Positions 50,354-62,201 of a DNA stretch of 64,000 bases are shown piece after piece (positions within the stretch are counted from its first letter, which is position 1; each line of letters begins with the position of its first letter). Position numbers and translations under genes: made by a program. The notes under the pieces are model-generated. The model saw only the letters and a list, made by a program, of their open reading frames with translations. It was not told the origin of the DNA and did no database searches. The DNA lies in contig OZ245002.1 of NCBI GenBank assembly GCA_965223415.1, positions 3,520,001-3,584,000 on the forward strand, in the 5' to 3' direction. Source of the stretch: Myxococcota bacterium. GTDB taxonomy: Bacteria; Myxococcota_A; UBA9160; UBA6930.

Positions 50354-50848
50354 CTAGCGCAGGTCGAAGCGATCCACGATCGGAAGGAAGATCCCCGCAT
50401 CGATCACGCCCCGGTGAAGGGTGCGGGTGCCGTCGCGCTCGACCGCGATGGCGAAGGGGGCCCGTCCGCCTCCGGAGCAGCGGCGCGGGAAGTCGACGCC
50501 GATGCGGTAGCGGCCCTTCGGCGGCGTCTCCCAGCGCACGGTCTCGAAGTGCGGGGCCGGCGTCTCACAGCGGGCGTCCGCGTCCAGGGCGCCTCCGCTG
50601 CGGCTGCGATCGTTGGCGAAGTAGACCGACTCCTCGAGCGGGTCGGTCACGAACAGGTCGAGATCGACCTCCGCTTCGAAGGCGAGACGCACGCGCAGCT
50701 CGCCGGGCGGGGCCGGCGGAGCCTCGGTCAGGGAGGCGGCCAGGGCTTCGGCCCGTTCGGTGAGCTCCGACCCCCACGGCGCCGGGTCCACGGGGATGGT
50801 CGCCGGGGTGGGCGGGCCGCCGCAGGCGCCCAGTAGGAGCGCCGCCAT
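50354..50848 (-). CDS. Hypothetical lipoprotein (YfaP-like DLDLxVxDP motif; start uncertain)
   Basis: LLLGAC lipobox; VDLDLFVTDP, GGALDAD. Confidence 0.6.
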   Translation of the reverse strand: MAALLLGACGGPPTPATIPVDPAPWGSELTERAEALAASLTEAPPAPPGELRVRLAFEAEVDLDLFVTDPLEESVYFANDRSRSGGALDADARCETPAPHFETVRWETPPKGRYRIGVDFPRRCSGGGRAPFAIAVERDGTRTLHRGVIDAGIFLPIVDRFDLR

Positions 50849-50918
50849 GAAGGCCTGGGGCGCGCGGCGCAGGCCGCGCGCCGGGGTATCCTGGGGCGGA
50901 ACCTCGGGAGGCGGCGAG

Positions 50919-52760
50919 ATGACGAACGGGCGAAGCGACACGGCGGGCCGGTTCTTCCTGGGTTGGGTAGCCGGCATGGTAGCCGGCCTCGGCCTGGTGT
51001 CGTCGCCGGCGGCGGCGGGGGTGCTGGCCGGCACCGTTCGCGACGTCGACGGCCCGGTGATCGGCGCCATGGTCACGGTGCAGCACGGCGACCCGATCTA
51101 CGCGTTGACCGTCTTCACCGACACGGAGGGCTTCTTCCGCACGCCCGAGCTCGCGGCGGAGCGGGTCGCTCTCCGGGTGCGGCGCATCGGCTGGAAGGAC
51201 CACCGGGAGGACGCGGTCCCGGTCCCCGAGGAAGGCCTGCTCGTCGAGCTGGAGCGCGAGACCGATCCGGCGCTCCTGGCCGCCCAGCTTCCCGCCCACC
51301 GCTGGCTGCCCCTCCTCACCGACCAGATCGAGGATGCCCAGCACCGGGAGCAGTTCGTGCGCCAGTGCACCTACTGTCACCAGCAAGGCAACCCCGCCAC
51401 GCGCGTGCCCCGGGAAGACTGGCAGTGGGAGAAGATCCTCTCCCTCATGGCCCGCATGGGCGGCATCCTGCCCCTCGAGCTGCGCGCCCAGGTGCCCGAG
51501 CTCTTCCGCAAGGCCTACGACCCGGCGACCGCGGTCCCCGCCCTTACCGCGGGCGCGGGCTCGCCGGACTTCGCGCCCGCGCCGCCCGCCGACGTGCGCC
51601 AGGCGGTGATCGAGGAATGGGAGCTCGGCTCCCGCTCGTCGATGCAGCACGACCTGGCCTTCCACCCGGACGGCCGCGCCTACTCCGTCGACATGATGCA
51701 CGACAAGCTCTACCGGCTCGATCCGGCGACGGGCGAAGCCGCCGCCTTCCCGATCGATTCCGACCTCGGGCTCGGAGGCGTGTTCGGCGGCCGCGATCAG
51801 CCGCTGCCGCCCACCGCCGACGCGCGGGAGGGCCCCCACTCCCTGCAGTTCGGCCCCGACGGGGACGTGTGGATCACCTTCGCCCTCGGCAACAAGCTCG
51901 GCCGCTTCGACGTCGCCACCGAGACCTGGACGAGCTACCCACTCGAGGAGGGCTACTACCCGCACACCCTGCGCTTCGACGGCAAGGGCCGGGTGTGGTT
52001 CACGATCGCGGCCTCGAACCATCTCGGCATGTTCGATCCCGAGACCGAGACCTTCCGGACCCAGCGGCTTCCGGCCGGGAGCCTCGGCCAGGACATCGCC
52101 CTGCGGCTGCTCCCGCTCATCCTGTGGGCCGCGGACACCTTCGGCGGCGCGTCCGGCGTCGGCATGGAGGGGGGCGACCCGGACTTCATGCCCGTGCCCT
52201 ACGGCATCGACGTCGCGCCGGACGGCTCGGTCTGGTTCAGCCAGCTGAACCAGCACAAGATCGGACGCATCGACCCGGAGACCTTCGAGGTGCAGATGGT
52301 GGAGACGCCCTTCCCGGCGCCCCGCCGCCTGCGCTTCGATTCGGAGAACGGGCTGTGGATCCCGAGCTTCTCCTCCGGCAAGCTCGCGCGCTTCGACGTC
52401 GTGACCCGCGAGTTCGAGGAGTGGGTCCTCCCCACGGCGAAGGAGGGCGTCGAGACGCCCTACGCCCTGCACGTGAACCGCAAGACCGACGAGGTCTGGG
52501 TCTGCGGCACGAACTCCGACACGCTCATGCGCTTCGACCCGAAGGCCGAGCGCTTCACCGTCTATCCCCTGCCGACCCGCGTCACCTACACCCGGGAGAT
52601 CGATTTCGACGAGCAGGGGCGGGTGTGGACCTCGAACTCCAATGCGCCCACGTGGCAGGTCGAGGGCGGCTTCCCGCGGGTCCTGCGCCTGGATCCGGAC
52701 GGCGGGCTCGCCGCCGGTCCCGCCGAGATCGTGCTCGGCGGGCAGGAAGCAGGCCGGTGA
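50919..52760 (+). CDS. Secreted protein: carboxypeptidase-regulatory-like domain, c-type heme motif, Vgb-like beta-propeller
   Basis: Signal peptide; CTYCH; repeats such as GPDGDVW, FDGKGRVWF, PYGIDVAPDGSVWF. Confidence 0.78.
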   Translation: MTNGRSDTAGRFFLGWVAGMVAGLGLVSSPAAAGVLAGTVRDVDGPVIGAMVTVQHGDPIYALTVFTDTEGFFRTPELAAERVALRVRRIGWKDHREDAVPVPEEGLLVELERETDPALLAAQLPAHRWLPLLTDQIEDAQHREQFVRQCTYCHQQGNPATRVPREDWQWEKILSLMARMGGILPLELRAQVPELFRKAYDPATAVPALTAGAGSPDFAPAPPADVRQAVIEEWELGSRSSMQHDLAFHPDGRAYSVDMMHDKLYRLDPATGEAAAFPIDSDLGLGGVFGGRDQPLPPTADAREGPHSLQFGPDGDVWITFALGNKLGRFDVATETWTSYPLEEGYYPHTLRFDGKGRVWFTIAASNHLGMFDPETETFRTQRLPAGSLGQDIALRLLPLILWAADTFGGASGVGMEGGDPDFMPVPYGIDVAPDGSVWFSQLNQHKIGRIDPETFEVQMVETPFPAPRRLRFDSENGLWIPSFSSGKLARFDVVTREFEEWVLPTAKEGVETPYALHVNRKTDEVWVCGTNSDTLMRFDPKAERFTVYPLPTRVTYTREIDFDEQGRVWTSNSNAPTWQVEGGFPRVLRLDPDGGLAAGPAEIVLGGQEAGR

Positions 52761-53773
52761 AGCAGCGCAGGCTCGGCCGGACCGGCATCACCGTGTCCGA
52801 GATCGGCATGGGCACGATGACCTTCGGCTCGATGGCCGACGAAGGCGAGAGCCTGAAGATCCTCGACCGGGCCTTCGACGCCGGCGTCGACTTCCTCGAC
52901 GTCGCCGAGATCTACCCGGTGCCGCCGGATCGGAGCACGGCCGGGCGCAGCGAGGAGATCTGCGGAAAGTGGCTCGCGTCGAAGCCCCGGGACGCGCTGG
53001 TGGTGGCCTCGAAGATCGCCGGGCCCACCGGCGGCTGGTTCCAAGGTCCGGTGCGCTACGGCAAGACCGCCCTCGACCGCCACCAGATCGAGCGCGCGGT
53101 GGAGGGCAGCCTGCGCCGGCTCGGACTCGACTACCTCGACCTCTACCAGGTGCACTGGCCCGACCCGGGCCTTCCGATCGAGGAGACCCTCGAGGGGCTC
53201 GACCGCGTGGTGGAGGCCGGCAAGGCGCGCGCCGTCGGCTGCAGCAACGAGACCTGCGGCGGCCTGATGGAGAGCCTGTGGGCCGCGGACAAGCACGCCA
53301 CCGTCCGCTACGAGACGATCCAGAACAACTTCAGCCTGCTGAACCGTCGCTTCGAGGACGAGCTGGCCGCGGTCTGCCGCAAGCACGACGTGAGCCTGCT
53401 GCCCTACAGCCCGATCGCAGCGGGGGTGCTCTCCGGCAAGTACCAGGACGACGTGTGGCCCGAGGGTTGCCGCTTCACCCGTTACCGCGAGCTCAGCGCG
53501 CGCACCAAGGCGATGACCGCGCGCTTCGTCAACTCGCGCAGCATCGACGCGGCGAACCGCTTCGCCGCCGTGGCGTTCGAGCACGAGATCTCCCCGGTCA
53601 CCTTCGCCGTCGCCTGGACCCTGAGCCGCGATTTCGTCGCCTCCACCCTGATCGGCGCCACCGACGCGCGACAGCTCGAGGAGAGCCTCGCCGCCGCGAG
53701 CGTCACCCTCGACCCGGCCGCCCTGTCCGCCTGCGACGCCATCTCGAAGGCGGTGCCCTACCCGCTCGGGTGA
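52757..53773 (+). CDS. Aldo/keto reductase (Tas-like)
   Basis: GMGTMTFG, DVAEIYP, DLYQVHWP, YSPIAAGVLSGKY. Confidence 0.9.
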   Translation: MKQRRLGRTGITVSEIGMGTMTFGSMADEGESLKILDRAFDAGVDFLDVAEIYPVPPDRSTAGRSEEICGKWLASKPRDALVVASKIAGPTGGWFQGPVRYGKTALDRHQIERAVEGSLRRLGLDYLDLYQVHWPDPGLPIEETLEGLDRVVEAGKARAVGCSNETCGGLMESLWAADKHATVRYETIQNNFSLLNRRFEDELAAVCRKHDVSLLPYSPIAAGVLSGKYQDDVWPEGCRFTRYRELSARTKAMTARFVNSRSIDAANRFAAVAFEHEISPVTFAVAWTLSRDFVASTLIGATDARQLEESLAAASVTLDPAALSACDAISKAVPYPLG

Positions 53774-53843
53774 CGGCCTGCCCGAAACCCTCCCCGGGTG
53801 CCCGTCGTACCTCCTCCGCAACCGCGCCCGAAGGAGCCCCGCC

Positions 53844-54245
53844 GTGATCCGCTTCGTCCTGGCCCTCGCCCTCCTGCTCTCTCCCGTCGTCTCGTTCGCC
53901 GCCGACGATCCCTCGATCCAGGGCGCGCGCCGGGCCGGGATCCAGGCTGCCATGAAGTCCTTCATCGAGGGGCAGTCCGTGGCCGAGCGGCTGCTCCACT
54001 ACGACCCGGTGGCCGGCGAGCTGCTGCAGCTGCGCCTCGCCGAGCTCCACGAGGGCATCGTCAAGAAGGGCGACTTCTACGTGAGCTGCGCCGACTTCAC
54101 TGGCGAGGACGGCCGCCGTTACGACCTGGACTTCCTGGTCGTTCCCGCCGGCGAGGGATACCGCGTGAACCAGGCCATCGTCCACGCCGTCGAGGGCCAG
54201 AAGCGCAAGTACCACCTCGAGAGCCGCTGGCCCAGCCTGTTCTAG
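53844..54245 (+). CDS. Hypothetical secreted protein
   Basis: AAGGAG RBS; signal peptide ending SFA-A. Confidence 0.7.
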   Translation: MIRFVLALALLLSPVVSFAADDPSIQGARRAGIQAAMKSFIEGQSVAERLLHYDPVAGELLQLRLAELHEGIVKKGDFYVSCADFTGEDGRRYDLDFLVVPAGEGYRVNQAIVHAVEGQKRKYHLESRWPSLF

Positions 54246-54428
54246 GCTCCGCTCGCCCCGGGGCGCCTGCGCCGCGCGCGGAGCCCGAGCAGCAGCGCGA
54301 GGGCCGGCAGCAGCTCGGGCCCGAGGCCGCAGGTCGGCGACGGTGGGAGCGTGGAGGACGAGGGTCGGAACCGCGCCGACCAAAAACACCGAGGGATTTT
54401 CCCTCACTCTGCCCGCGCTGCGGTGGTC

Positions 54429-55376
54429 TCAGGCCTCGACGCCGGTCCCTTCCATCCGGGCGACCGGCAGCTCCTGTGCAGCTTCGAAGCCTACCCGCCG
54501 CTCCGCCCGTTGCGGGTGGAGGATGCGGGCCAGGAGCTCGAGGCTGTCCACCAGGCGCGGGCCCGGGCGGTTGAAGTAGGCGTTGCCGTCCACGAGGAAC
54601 ACCCGGCCCGCCTTCACGGCGCCCAGCTCGCTCCACCCCGGCAGGCGCTCGAGGACCGGAAGCTCCCGGCGGGTGCGGGCGAGGTCGAAGCCGCAGGGGA
54701 GCAGGACGATCACGTCCGGGTCGGCTCGGCGCAGCTCGTCCCATGGGAGCGTGGGGGAGGGGTGGCCGGGGGTTCCGAAGAGCGGCTCGCCGCCGGCCAG
54801 CGCCACGAGCTCCGGCATCCAGTTGCCCGCCGCCATCAGCGGGTCCAGCCACTCGATGCACGCGACCCGCGGGCGCGGAGCGATTGCTCCGGTGCGCTCG
54901 CCGACAGCGGTTACCCGGTCGGTCAGCTCGGCGATCAACGCCTCGCCGCGCGCCTCCCGGCCGAGGGCAGCGGCGAGCGTCCGGATCTGGTCCCACACGC
55001 CAGCGAGATCGGCGGGCGCGACGGAGACCAGGCGGGGCGCGGCGCCGGTCCACGTACGGAGGGCGGCCTCCACGTCCGCCAGGCTGGCGGCGCACACCGC
55101 GCAGTGGTCTTGGGTGAGGATCAGGTCCGGCCGCAGCTCCCGCAGCCGCCGTGTCTCCACCTCGTAGATCGACAGTCCCTGCTGCACGAGCCGCTTCACC
55201 CGGTCGTCGATGCGGCGGGACGGCCCATCGGGCTCGAACTTCGGGCGCGTGCAGACCGGCAGCCCGCCGACCCCCGGCGGGTGGTCGCACTCGTGGGAGC
55301 GCCCGACCAGCTCGTCCGCCGCGCCGAGGGCGCAGACGATCTCCGTCAGGCTCGGCAGCAGGGAGACGACGCGCAT
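54429..55376 (-). CDS. BtuF-like cobalamin/iron ABC substrate-binding protein
   Basis: RVVSLLPSLTE, GRSHECD, DGNAYFNRPGPRL. Confidence 0.85.
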   Translation of the reverse strand: MRVVSLLPSLTEIVCALGAADELVGRSHECDHPPGVGGLPVCTRPKFEPDGPSRRIDDRVKRLVQQGLSIYEVETRRLRELRPDLILTQDHCAVCAASLADVEAALRTWTGAAPRLVSVAPADLAGVWDQIRTLAAALGREARGEALIAELTDRVTAVGERTGAIAPRPRVACIEWLDPLMAAGNWMPELVALAGGEPLFGTPGHPSPTLPWDELRRADPDVIVLLPCGFDLARTRRELPVLERLPGWSELGAVKAGRVFLVDGNAYFNRPGPRLVDSLELLARILHPQRAERRVGFEAAQELPVARMEGTGVEA

Positions 55377-55379
55377 GGG

Positions 55380-56255
55380 CTAAAGATACTGCCCCGTGCC
55401 GGCGCCCGGCTTGGTCGGCGGCGGCGATTCGGCGGAGCGGCCGGCCAGCACCTCCTGGTAGGTGACGCCGCCGAACATCTGCTTCAGCCGATCGTCCCAC
55501 TCGTCCGCCGTCGAGGCCACCACCCCGATCGCAAAGCGCAGCTCCTCCTCCCGGAACTGCTCACCGAGCAGGGTCTCGTCGAACCAGATCGAGCGGTTCT
55601 CCGTGTCGAGGGCGAAACGGCCGAACATGAGGCCGAAGTTGAGGCGCGCCAGGAAGAGCCCGAGCTCCGGCGTCACCTCCACACCGACGTTGGCGATGGC
55701 GAAGACGCGCACCACGATCTGTCCGTTCGGAGCGGCGCGCGGCGAGACCATCACGTGGACCTCCTGGATGGGGAGCACATAGTCGCCGTCGCTGTCCTGC
55801 TCCGGCCGGCTTCCCAGGAGCTCGGTGACGATGTCCTCGATCCGCGTCCGGGCCACGGCCAGTTTCTTCAGGGCCTCGTGCTCCGCCCGATGGCTGCCGT
55901 GCCCCACGTCGAGGCGGCCGTCGGCCTTCTCGTCGAAGACGCCGGTGAGCAGCTCGCGCAGCAGGGTCACCGCCTCCTGGGCGCTCGCCGCCTCCCGGGT
56001 CCACGGCTTGTCCGGGTCGTCCGGATCCTCGGAGGTGAAGCCGCGATCGCGCAGCGCGGTCCGGACGGCGGCCGGAAGCTCCGCCATGACCGGTGGCCGG
56101 CCCGGCACCCGGACCTGGAGGCGGCTGTCCTCGAGGCGCGTCGTCTCGAGCAGACGATCCGATCGACCCGGAGGCATGACGGCCACGAAGTCGAAGGGCG
56201 CGAGCGCCTCGACCTCCGCGACCAGGAAGGCGTGAACCACGTCGGGATCGGTCAC
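55380..56255 (-). CDS. YbjN / type III secretion chaperone-like domain protein
   Basis: AGGAGG RBS; DSDGDY, LNFGLMFGRF, ADEWDDRL..FGG. Confidence 0.65.
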   Translation of the reverse strand: MTDPDVVHAFLVAEVEALAPFDFVAVMPPGRSDRLLETTRLEDSRLQVRVPGRPPVMAELPAAVRTALRDRGFTSEDPDDPDKPWTREAASAQEAVTLLRELLTGVFDEKADGRLDVGHGSHRAEHEALKKLAVARTRIEDIVTELLGSRPEQDSDGDYVLPIQEVHVMVSPRAAPNGQIVVRVFAIANVGVEVTPELGLFLARLNFGLMFGRFALDTENRSIWFDETLLGEQFREEELRFAIGVVASTADEWDDRLKQMFGGVTYQEVLAGRSAESPPPTKPGAGTGQYL

Positions 56256-56319
56256 GATCGCCTCCTGCCGGTGCGGCCGGTGTCCATGCCGCCCGGATTG
56301 TGTAGCGTCGCCGCCTGCC

Positions 56320-57183
56320 ATGGGCGAGCGAGTCGCGTTCCTCTGTCTCGGGGCGATGGGTTTCCCCATGGCGGGGCACCTGGCGGCCGCCGGCCACGCG
56401 GTGACGGTCTACAACCGCACGCCGTCGAAGAGCGAGGCCTGGGTCCGGGCCCATGGTGGCGAGCGAGCCGGAACCCCCGGCGAGGCCGCCCGCGAGGCCA
56501 GCTTCGTCTTCTGCTGCACCGGCAACGACGACGACCTGCGGCAGGTCGCCGAGCCGGCCATCGACGCCATGGGCGAAGGCACCTTCTTCGTCGACCACAC
56601 GACGGCCTCCGCCTCGGGCGCGCGGGCCCTGGCCGCGCGGGCGGGGGCCCGGGGCGTGGGATTCGTCGACGCGCCGGTCTCCGGCGGCGAGGAGGGGGCC
56701 CGGACCGGGCGCCTCACCGTCATGGCCGGCGGGGAGCGTGCCGCCTTCGATGCCGCCCGGCCGCTGATCCGGGCGTTCGCGCACCAGGCCACGTGGATGG
56801 GACCGGCGGGCGCGGGCCAGCTGACGAAGATGGTCAACCAGGTCTGCATCGCCGGCGTGATCGAGGGCCTCGCCGAGGGGCTCGCGTTCGCCGAGCGTGC
56901 CGGCCTCGATCCCGCCCGTGTGGTCGAGGTGATCTCGAAGGGCGCCGCCCAGTCGTGGCAGATGGACCAACGCGCCGGGACGATGATCGAGGGCCGCTTC
57001 GACTTCGGCTTCGCTGTCGACTGGATGCGCAAGGACCTGGCGATCGCCCTGGCCGAGGCTCGACGAAGCGGCGCGCGCCTGCCCCTCGCCGCCCTGGTGG
57101 ACCAGCTCTACGCCGCCGTGCAGGCCCGAGGCGGCGGGCGCTGGGACACGTCGAGCCTCCTGACCCTGCTTCGCGACGACTGA
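56320..57183 (+). CDS. Beta-hydroxyacid (3-hydroxyisobutyrate-type) dehydrogenase
   Basis: LGAMGFPMA, DAPVSGG, KMVNQ, KDL. Confidence 0.9.
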   Translation: MGERVAFLCLGAMGFPMAGHLAAAGHAVTVYNRTPSKSEAWVRAHGGERAGTPGEAAREASFVFCCTGNDDDLRQVAEPAIDAMGEGTFFVDHTTASASGARALAARAGARGVGFVDAPVSGGEEGARTGRLTVMAGGERAAFDAARPLIRAFAHQATWMGPAGAGQLTKMVNQVCIAGVIEGLAEGLAFAERAGLDPARVVEVISKGAAQSWQMDQRAGTMIEGRFDFGFAVDWMRKDLAIALAEARRSGARLPLAALVDQLYAAVQARGGGRWDTSSLLTLLRDD

Positions 57184-57237
57184 TCGGAAGGCCGCTTCCG
57201 CTTCATCTGGACGTGCCGGTCGGCCGATAATGCCGGG

Positions 57238-58986
57238 ATGCATCCCGCGCTGCTCCCCATGTGCCTGAGCTTCGTGGCCACGGCGAGCCTGGCCGCGGTG
57301 CTCGCCTGGCAATCGGGGAAAACCCGGATCCACTGGGCGCTTCTCTCGCTGCTCCTGGCCGTGGTTCTCTGGACCGCCGGCGCGAGCTGGCGCTACCTCG
57401 CCGGCGATCTCGCCCACGTGCATGCCGCCTACCGGATCTCCTTCCTGGGTGCTTCGTTCGCACCCGGGGCTTGGCTGCTGCTTTGTGGTCACTTCTCCCG
57501 GGTCGAGTGGTTCGAGGTACGGCCCGCGGCGACCGCGCTCTGCCTGCTCCCCGGAGCGCTGTTCTACCTGGCCTTCGTCACCAACGACGCCCACGGCTGG
57601 GTGGCGCAGATCGACGCCGCCGGCGTCGTGAACGGCCCGCTCTTGCAGGTCTTCCTGCTGTGGAGCTACGGCCAGGTGATCGCGGGGATGACACTGCTGC
57701 TCCGGCAGGCGCGGGAGCTGGCGGGGCAGGGTGGACGGGTCCGCGCAGCCGTCCTGATCTCGGCCGCACTGGCGCCCCTCACCGTCAGCGTCGCCTACCA
57801 ACTCGGCTGGACCGGCCTGCGCTGGGACCCGACGGCGTCGGCCCTCGGCGTTTCCGCGGTCCTTCTCTACCCCCTGGTCTTCCGCTTCGGCTTCCTCGAG
57901 CGGGTGCCGCTGGTGCGGCGGGACGTCTTCGACCACCTGCGGGACGGCGTGCTGGTGGCCGACGCCGACGCCCGGGTGGTCGACCTGAACCCGGCGGCCG
58001 AATCCCTGCTGGGAGCTCCCGCCGAGCGCGTTCGCGGACGCGCCCTGGTGCATTGCCTGGAGGAGATCGTCGAGCCCGCCGATCGCGGTGCCCTGGCGAT
58101 GGCGACCGAGGGCCCGGGGCCCGGCGGACCGCGCGTCCTGCCCGAGGTGAACACCCTCTCCGGCCGCCTCCTGCGTCTCTCCTCGGGAGCGCTCGGTGAC
58201 GCCGGCACCGTCGTCGTGCTCCACGACCGCACCGAGGAGCGCAAGAGCGAGCGGGCGCTGCGGCAGGCCCAGAAGCTCGAGAGCGTGGGTTTCCTGGCGG
58301 CGGGGGTCGCCCACGAGGTGAACAATCCGCTGGCCTTCGTGCGCTCGAACCTCGCCCACATCCGGGCGGCCTGCGATTCGCTGGAGGAGCTCGCGAAGTC
58401 CGAACGGGCGGAGCTCCCGGCGGATCTCGTGGAGCTGCCCGAGGTGGTTGTCGAGACTCTCGAGGGCGTCGAGCGCATCGCCGGCATCGTCGACCAGATG
58501 CGCCGGCTCTCCCGGGACGCGACGGAGGAGGAGGGCCCGGTCGACCTCAACGACGTCGTGCGGGAGGCGATGCGCTTCGCCGATCTCCACCGGGGGAGCG
58601 CCGACGTGGCCGTGGAGGCGGAGCTCGCGGAGGGGATCCCCGCCGTCGCCGGCAACCGGGACGCGCTCGTGCAGGTGCTGCTCAATCTCCTGCTGAACGC
58701 GCGGCAGGCCCTCGGCGATGCGCCGGGTGGGAGCATCCGCGTCGGGACGGGCGCCGGGGAGGAGGGGGTCTTCGCGCGGGTGGCCGACGACGGGCCCGGC
58801 ATCCCGCCGCAGATCCGCGAGCGGATCTTCGACCCGTTCTTCACGACCAAGGCGCCGGACGAGGGCACGGGGCTCGGGCTGGCGATCGCCTGGGACATCG
58901 TGCGGGAGCATCGGGGGACGATCGAGGTGGCGTCGCCGCTGGAGGGTGGCACGGCCTTCCGGGTCGTGCTTCCCGCGTCCACTTGA
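57238..58986 (+). CDS. 7TM-PAS sensor histidine kinase
   Basis: About 7 TM helices, PAS-like [27 protein letters not shown]. Confidence 0.9.
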   Translation: MHPALLPMCLSFVATASLAAVLAWQSGKTRIHWALLSLLLAVVLWTAGASWRYLAGDLAHVHAAYRISFLGASFAPGAWLLLCGHFSRVEWFEVRPAATALCLLPGALFYLAFVTNDAHGWVAQIDAAGVVNGPLLQVFLLWSYGQVIAGMTLLLRQARELAGQGGRVRAAVLISAALAPLTVSVAYQLGWTGLRWDPTASALGVSAVLLYPLVFRFGFLERVPLVRRDVFDHLRDGVLVADADARVVDLNPAAESLLGAPAERVRGRALVHCLEEIVEPADRGALAMATEGPGPGGPRVLPEVNTLSGRLLRLSSGALGDAGTVVVLHDRTEERKSERALRQAQKLESVGFLAAGVAHEVNNPLAFVRSNLAHIRAACDSLEELAKSERAELPADLVELPEVVVETLEGVERIAGIVDQMRRLSRDATEEEGPVDLNDVVREAMRFADLHRGSADVAVEAELAEGIPAVAGNRDALVQVLLNLLLNARQALGDAPGGSIRVGTGAGEEGVFARVADDGPGIPPQIRERIFDPFFTTKAPDEGTGLGLAIAWDIVREHRGTIEVASPLEGGTAFRVVLPAST

Positions 58987-59040
58987 GCGCGTCGCCACAC
59001 CGCTACACTCCGCGCCCTCACTCGGGAGGGAGGGGAGCCC

Positions 59041-60709
<1,669 letters not shown>

Positions 60710-60711
<2 letters not shown>

Positions 60712-60786
60712 AAGCGGGGCCAGAGTGAAGAATTCAGTTACCCCCCTTTGGGGGGTAACTGAATTCTTCACTCTGGCCCCGCTTCT
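60710..60786. repeat. Perfect palindrome with 37-bp arms and TTT centre (copy 2)
   Basis: agaagcggggccagagtgaagaattcagttacccccc-ttt-reverse complement. Confidence 0.95.
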
Positions 60787-61527
60787 TCATTTCCAGCCGG
60801 AGCCGGCGCCCTGGATCATGGCGAAGGGGCCGACGGGCCAGCGGTAGCAGTCGACCATCAGCTGGTTGACTTCCTCGTGGCTGGCGATGCCCTCTTCGAC
60901 GACGCGAGAGGCCTCGCGGAGCATGGCGGCGTAGATGCGGTTGGCGACGAAGCCCCAGGCCATGGGGTTGTCCTTCACCACCACCGGGTTCTTGCCGCAG
61001 GCGGAGGCGATCGAGACGACCTGATCGCGGACCGCGTCCGCGGTCTCGGCGGTGACGACGATCTCCGCGAACTTCATCACGAAGGCGGGTGAGGCCCAGT
61101 GCCAGCCGATCACCCTCTCCGGACGGTTCGTCGCGGCGGACAGGGCGGCGATGGGGAAGCCCGAAGTGTTCGATGCCAGGATGGCGTCTGCAGCGCAGGC
61201 GGCATCCAGGTCGCGGAACATCCGCACCTTCAGGTCGAGGCGCTCCGGGATGCACTCGATGATCAGGTCGCAGGCGGCAGCGGCCTCGAACTCCCCGGTG
61301 AAGGTGAGGCGGCTCATCGCCGCCCCCGCATCGTCCTCGCTCATCTTGCCGCGCGCGACGGCCCCCGCCAGGCCGAAGCGGCCCTCGGCGGCGTCCTTCC
61401 GGGCGGTGTCGAGGGACGCCTCCGCGATGTCCGTGCAGACCGTCCGGTAGCCGGCGGCGGCCGTGCTCTGGGCGATGCCGCCGCCCATCACACCGGCACC
61501 GATCACCCCGATCGAGAGCTCGCTCAT
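60787..61527 (-). CDS. 3-hydroxyacyl-CoA dehydrogenase family protein
   Basis: GAGVMGGGIA, ECIPE, ASNTS, GFVANR. Confidence 0.88.
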   Translation of the reverse strand: MSELSIGVIGAGVMGGGIAQSTAAAGYRTVCTDIAEASLDTARKDAAEGRFGLAGAVARGKMSEDDAGAAMSRLTFTGEFEAAAACDLIIECIPERLDLKVRMFRDLDAACAADAILASNTSGFPIAALSAATNRPERVIGWHWASPAFVMKFAEIVVTAETADAVRDQVVSIASACGKNPVVVKDNPMAWGFVANRIYAAMLREASRVVEEGIASHEEVNQLMVDCYRWPVGPFAMIQGAGSGWK

Positions 61528-62201
61528 GTTCCTTCTCCCGATGGCTCGAGCTTCTGTTCGAGGGCGGCCAGCAGGTCGCCGTACTGGTCCGTGCGCAGCC
61601 GGGCCATCACCGGCTTCGCCTTGTCGGCGAGGGCCGCCGCGCGCTCCAGCGCCGCGGGCAGCACCTCTCCTTCGGGTAGCGCCGCCTCGACGATGCCTGC
61701 GGCGGCGGCGTCCCCGCCTCCGTACCGGCGCCCGGTGACGATCACCTCGTGGGCGGTCTGTGGCGCGAGCCGCGCCCGGATGATCGCCGTCATGCCCGGG
61801 TGCAGGAACGCCCCCATGTCGATCTCCGGCATGCAGAAGTAGCCCCGGTCCGAGCGCATCAGGCGGAAGTCGTGAGCCAGCGCGATCTGGGCGCCGGCGC
61901 CGAAGGCGTGGCCGTTCATCGCCGCCACGCTGATGCAGGGCAGGTACAGCACCCGCCGGAAGAGGCCGAGCACGCTCTGCACGTAGCCGGGCATGTCGCC
62001 GCTGCCCATGCCGTAGTCGAGGTCGAGCCCGTTCGAGTAGAACTTGCCTGTCCCCACGGTCACCAGGGCCTTGGCACCCGGGGCGTCCTCGACCTCCGCG
62101 AGGGCGGCGTCCCAAGCGGCGATCATGTCCGGCCCGAAGCGGTTCTCGTCCGCGTCCATCTGGAAGACGAAGACGTCGCCTTCGCGGCGCAGCCCCGTCA
62201 C
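61524..62201 (-). CDS. Enoyl-CoA hydratase/isomerase family protein
   Basis: [24 protein letters not shown]. Confidence 0.88.
   Translation of the reverse strand: MTGLRREGDVFVFQMDADENRFGPDMIAAWDAALAEVEDAPGAKALVTVGTGKFYSNGLDLDYGMGSGDMPGYVQSVLGLFRRVLYLPCISVAAMNGHAFGAGAQIALAHDFRLMRSDRGYFCMPEIDMGAFLHPGMTAIIRARLAPQTAHEVIVTGRRYGGGDAAAAGIVEAALPEGEVLPAALERAAALADKAKPVMARLRTDQYGDLLAALEQKLEPSGEGT

Noticed and set aside
60787..61527. Short 3-hydroxyacyl-CoA dehydrogenase truncated by the palindrome
   Set aside because: Stop codon lies outside the palindrome; truncation cannot be shown without homolog alignment
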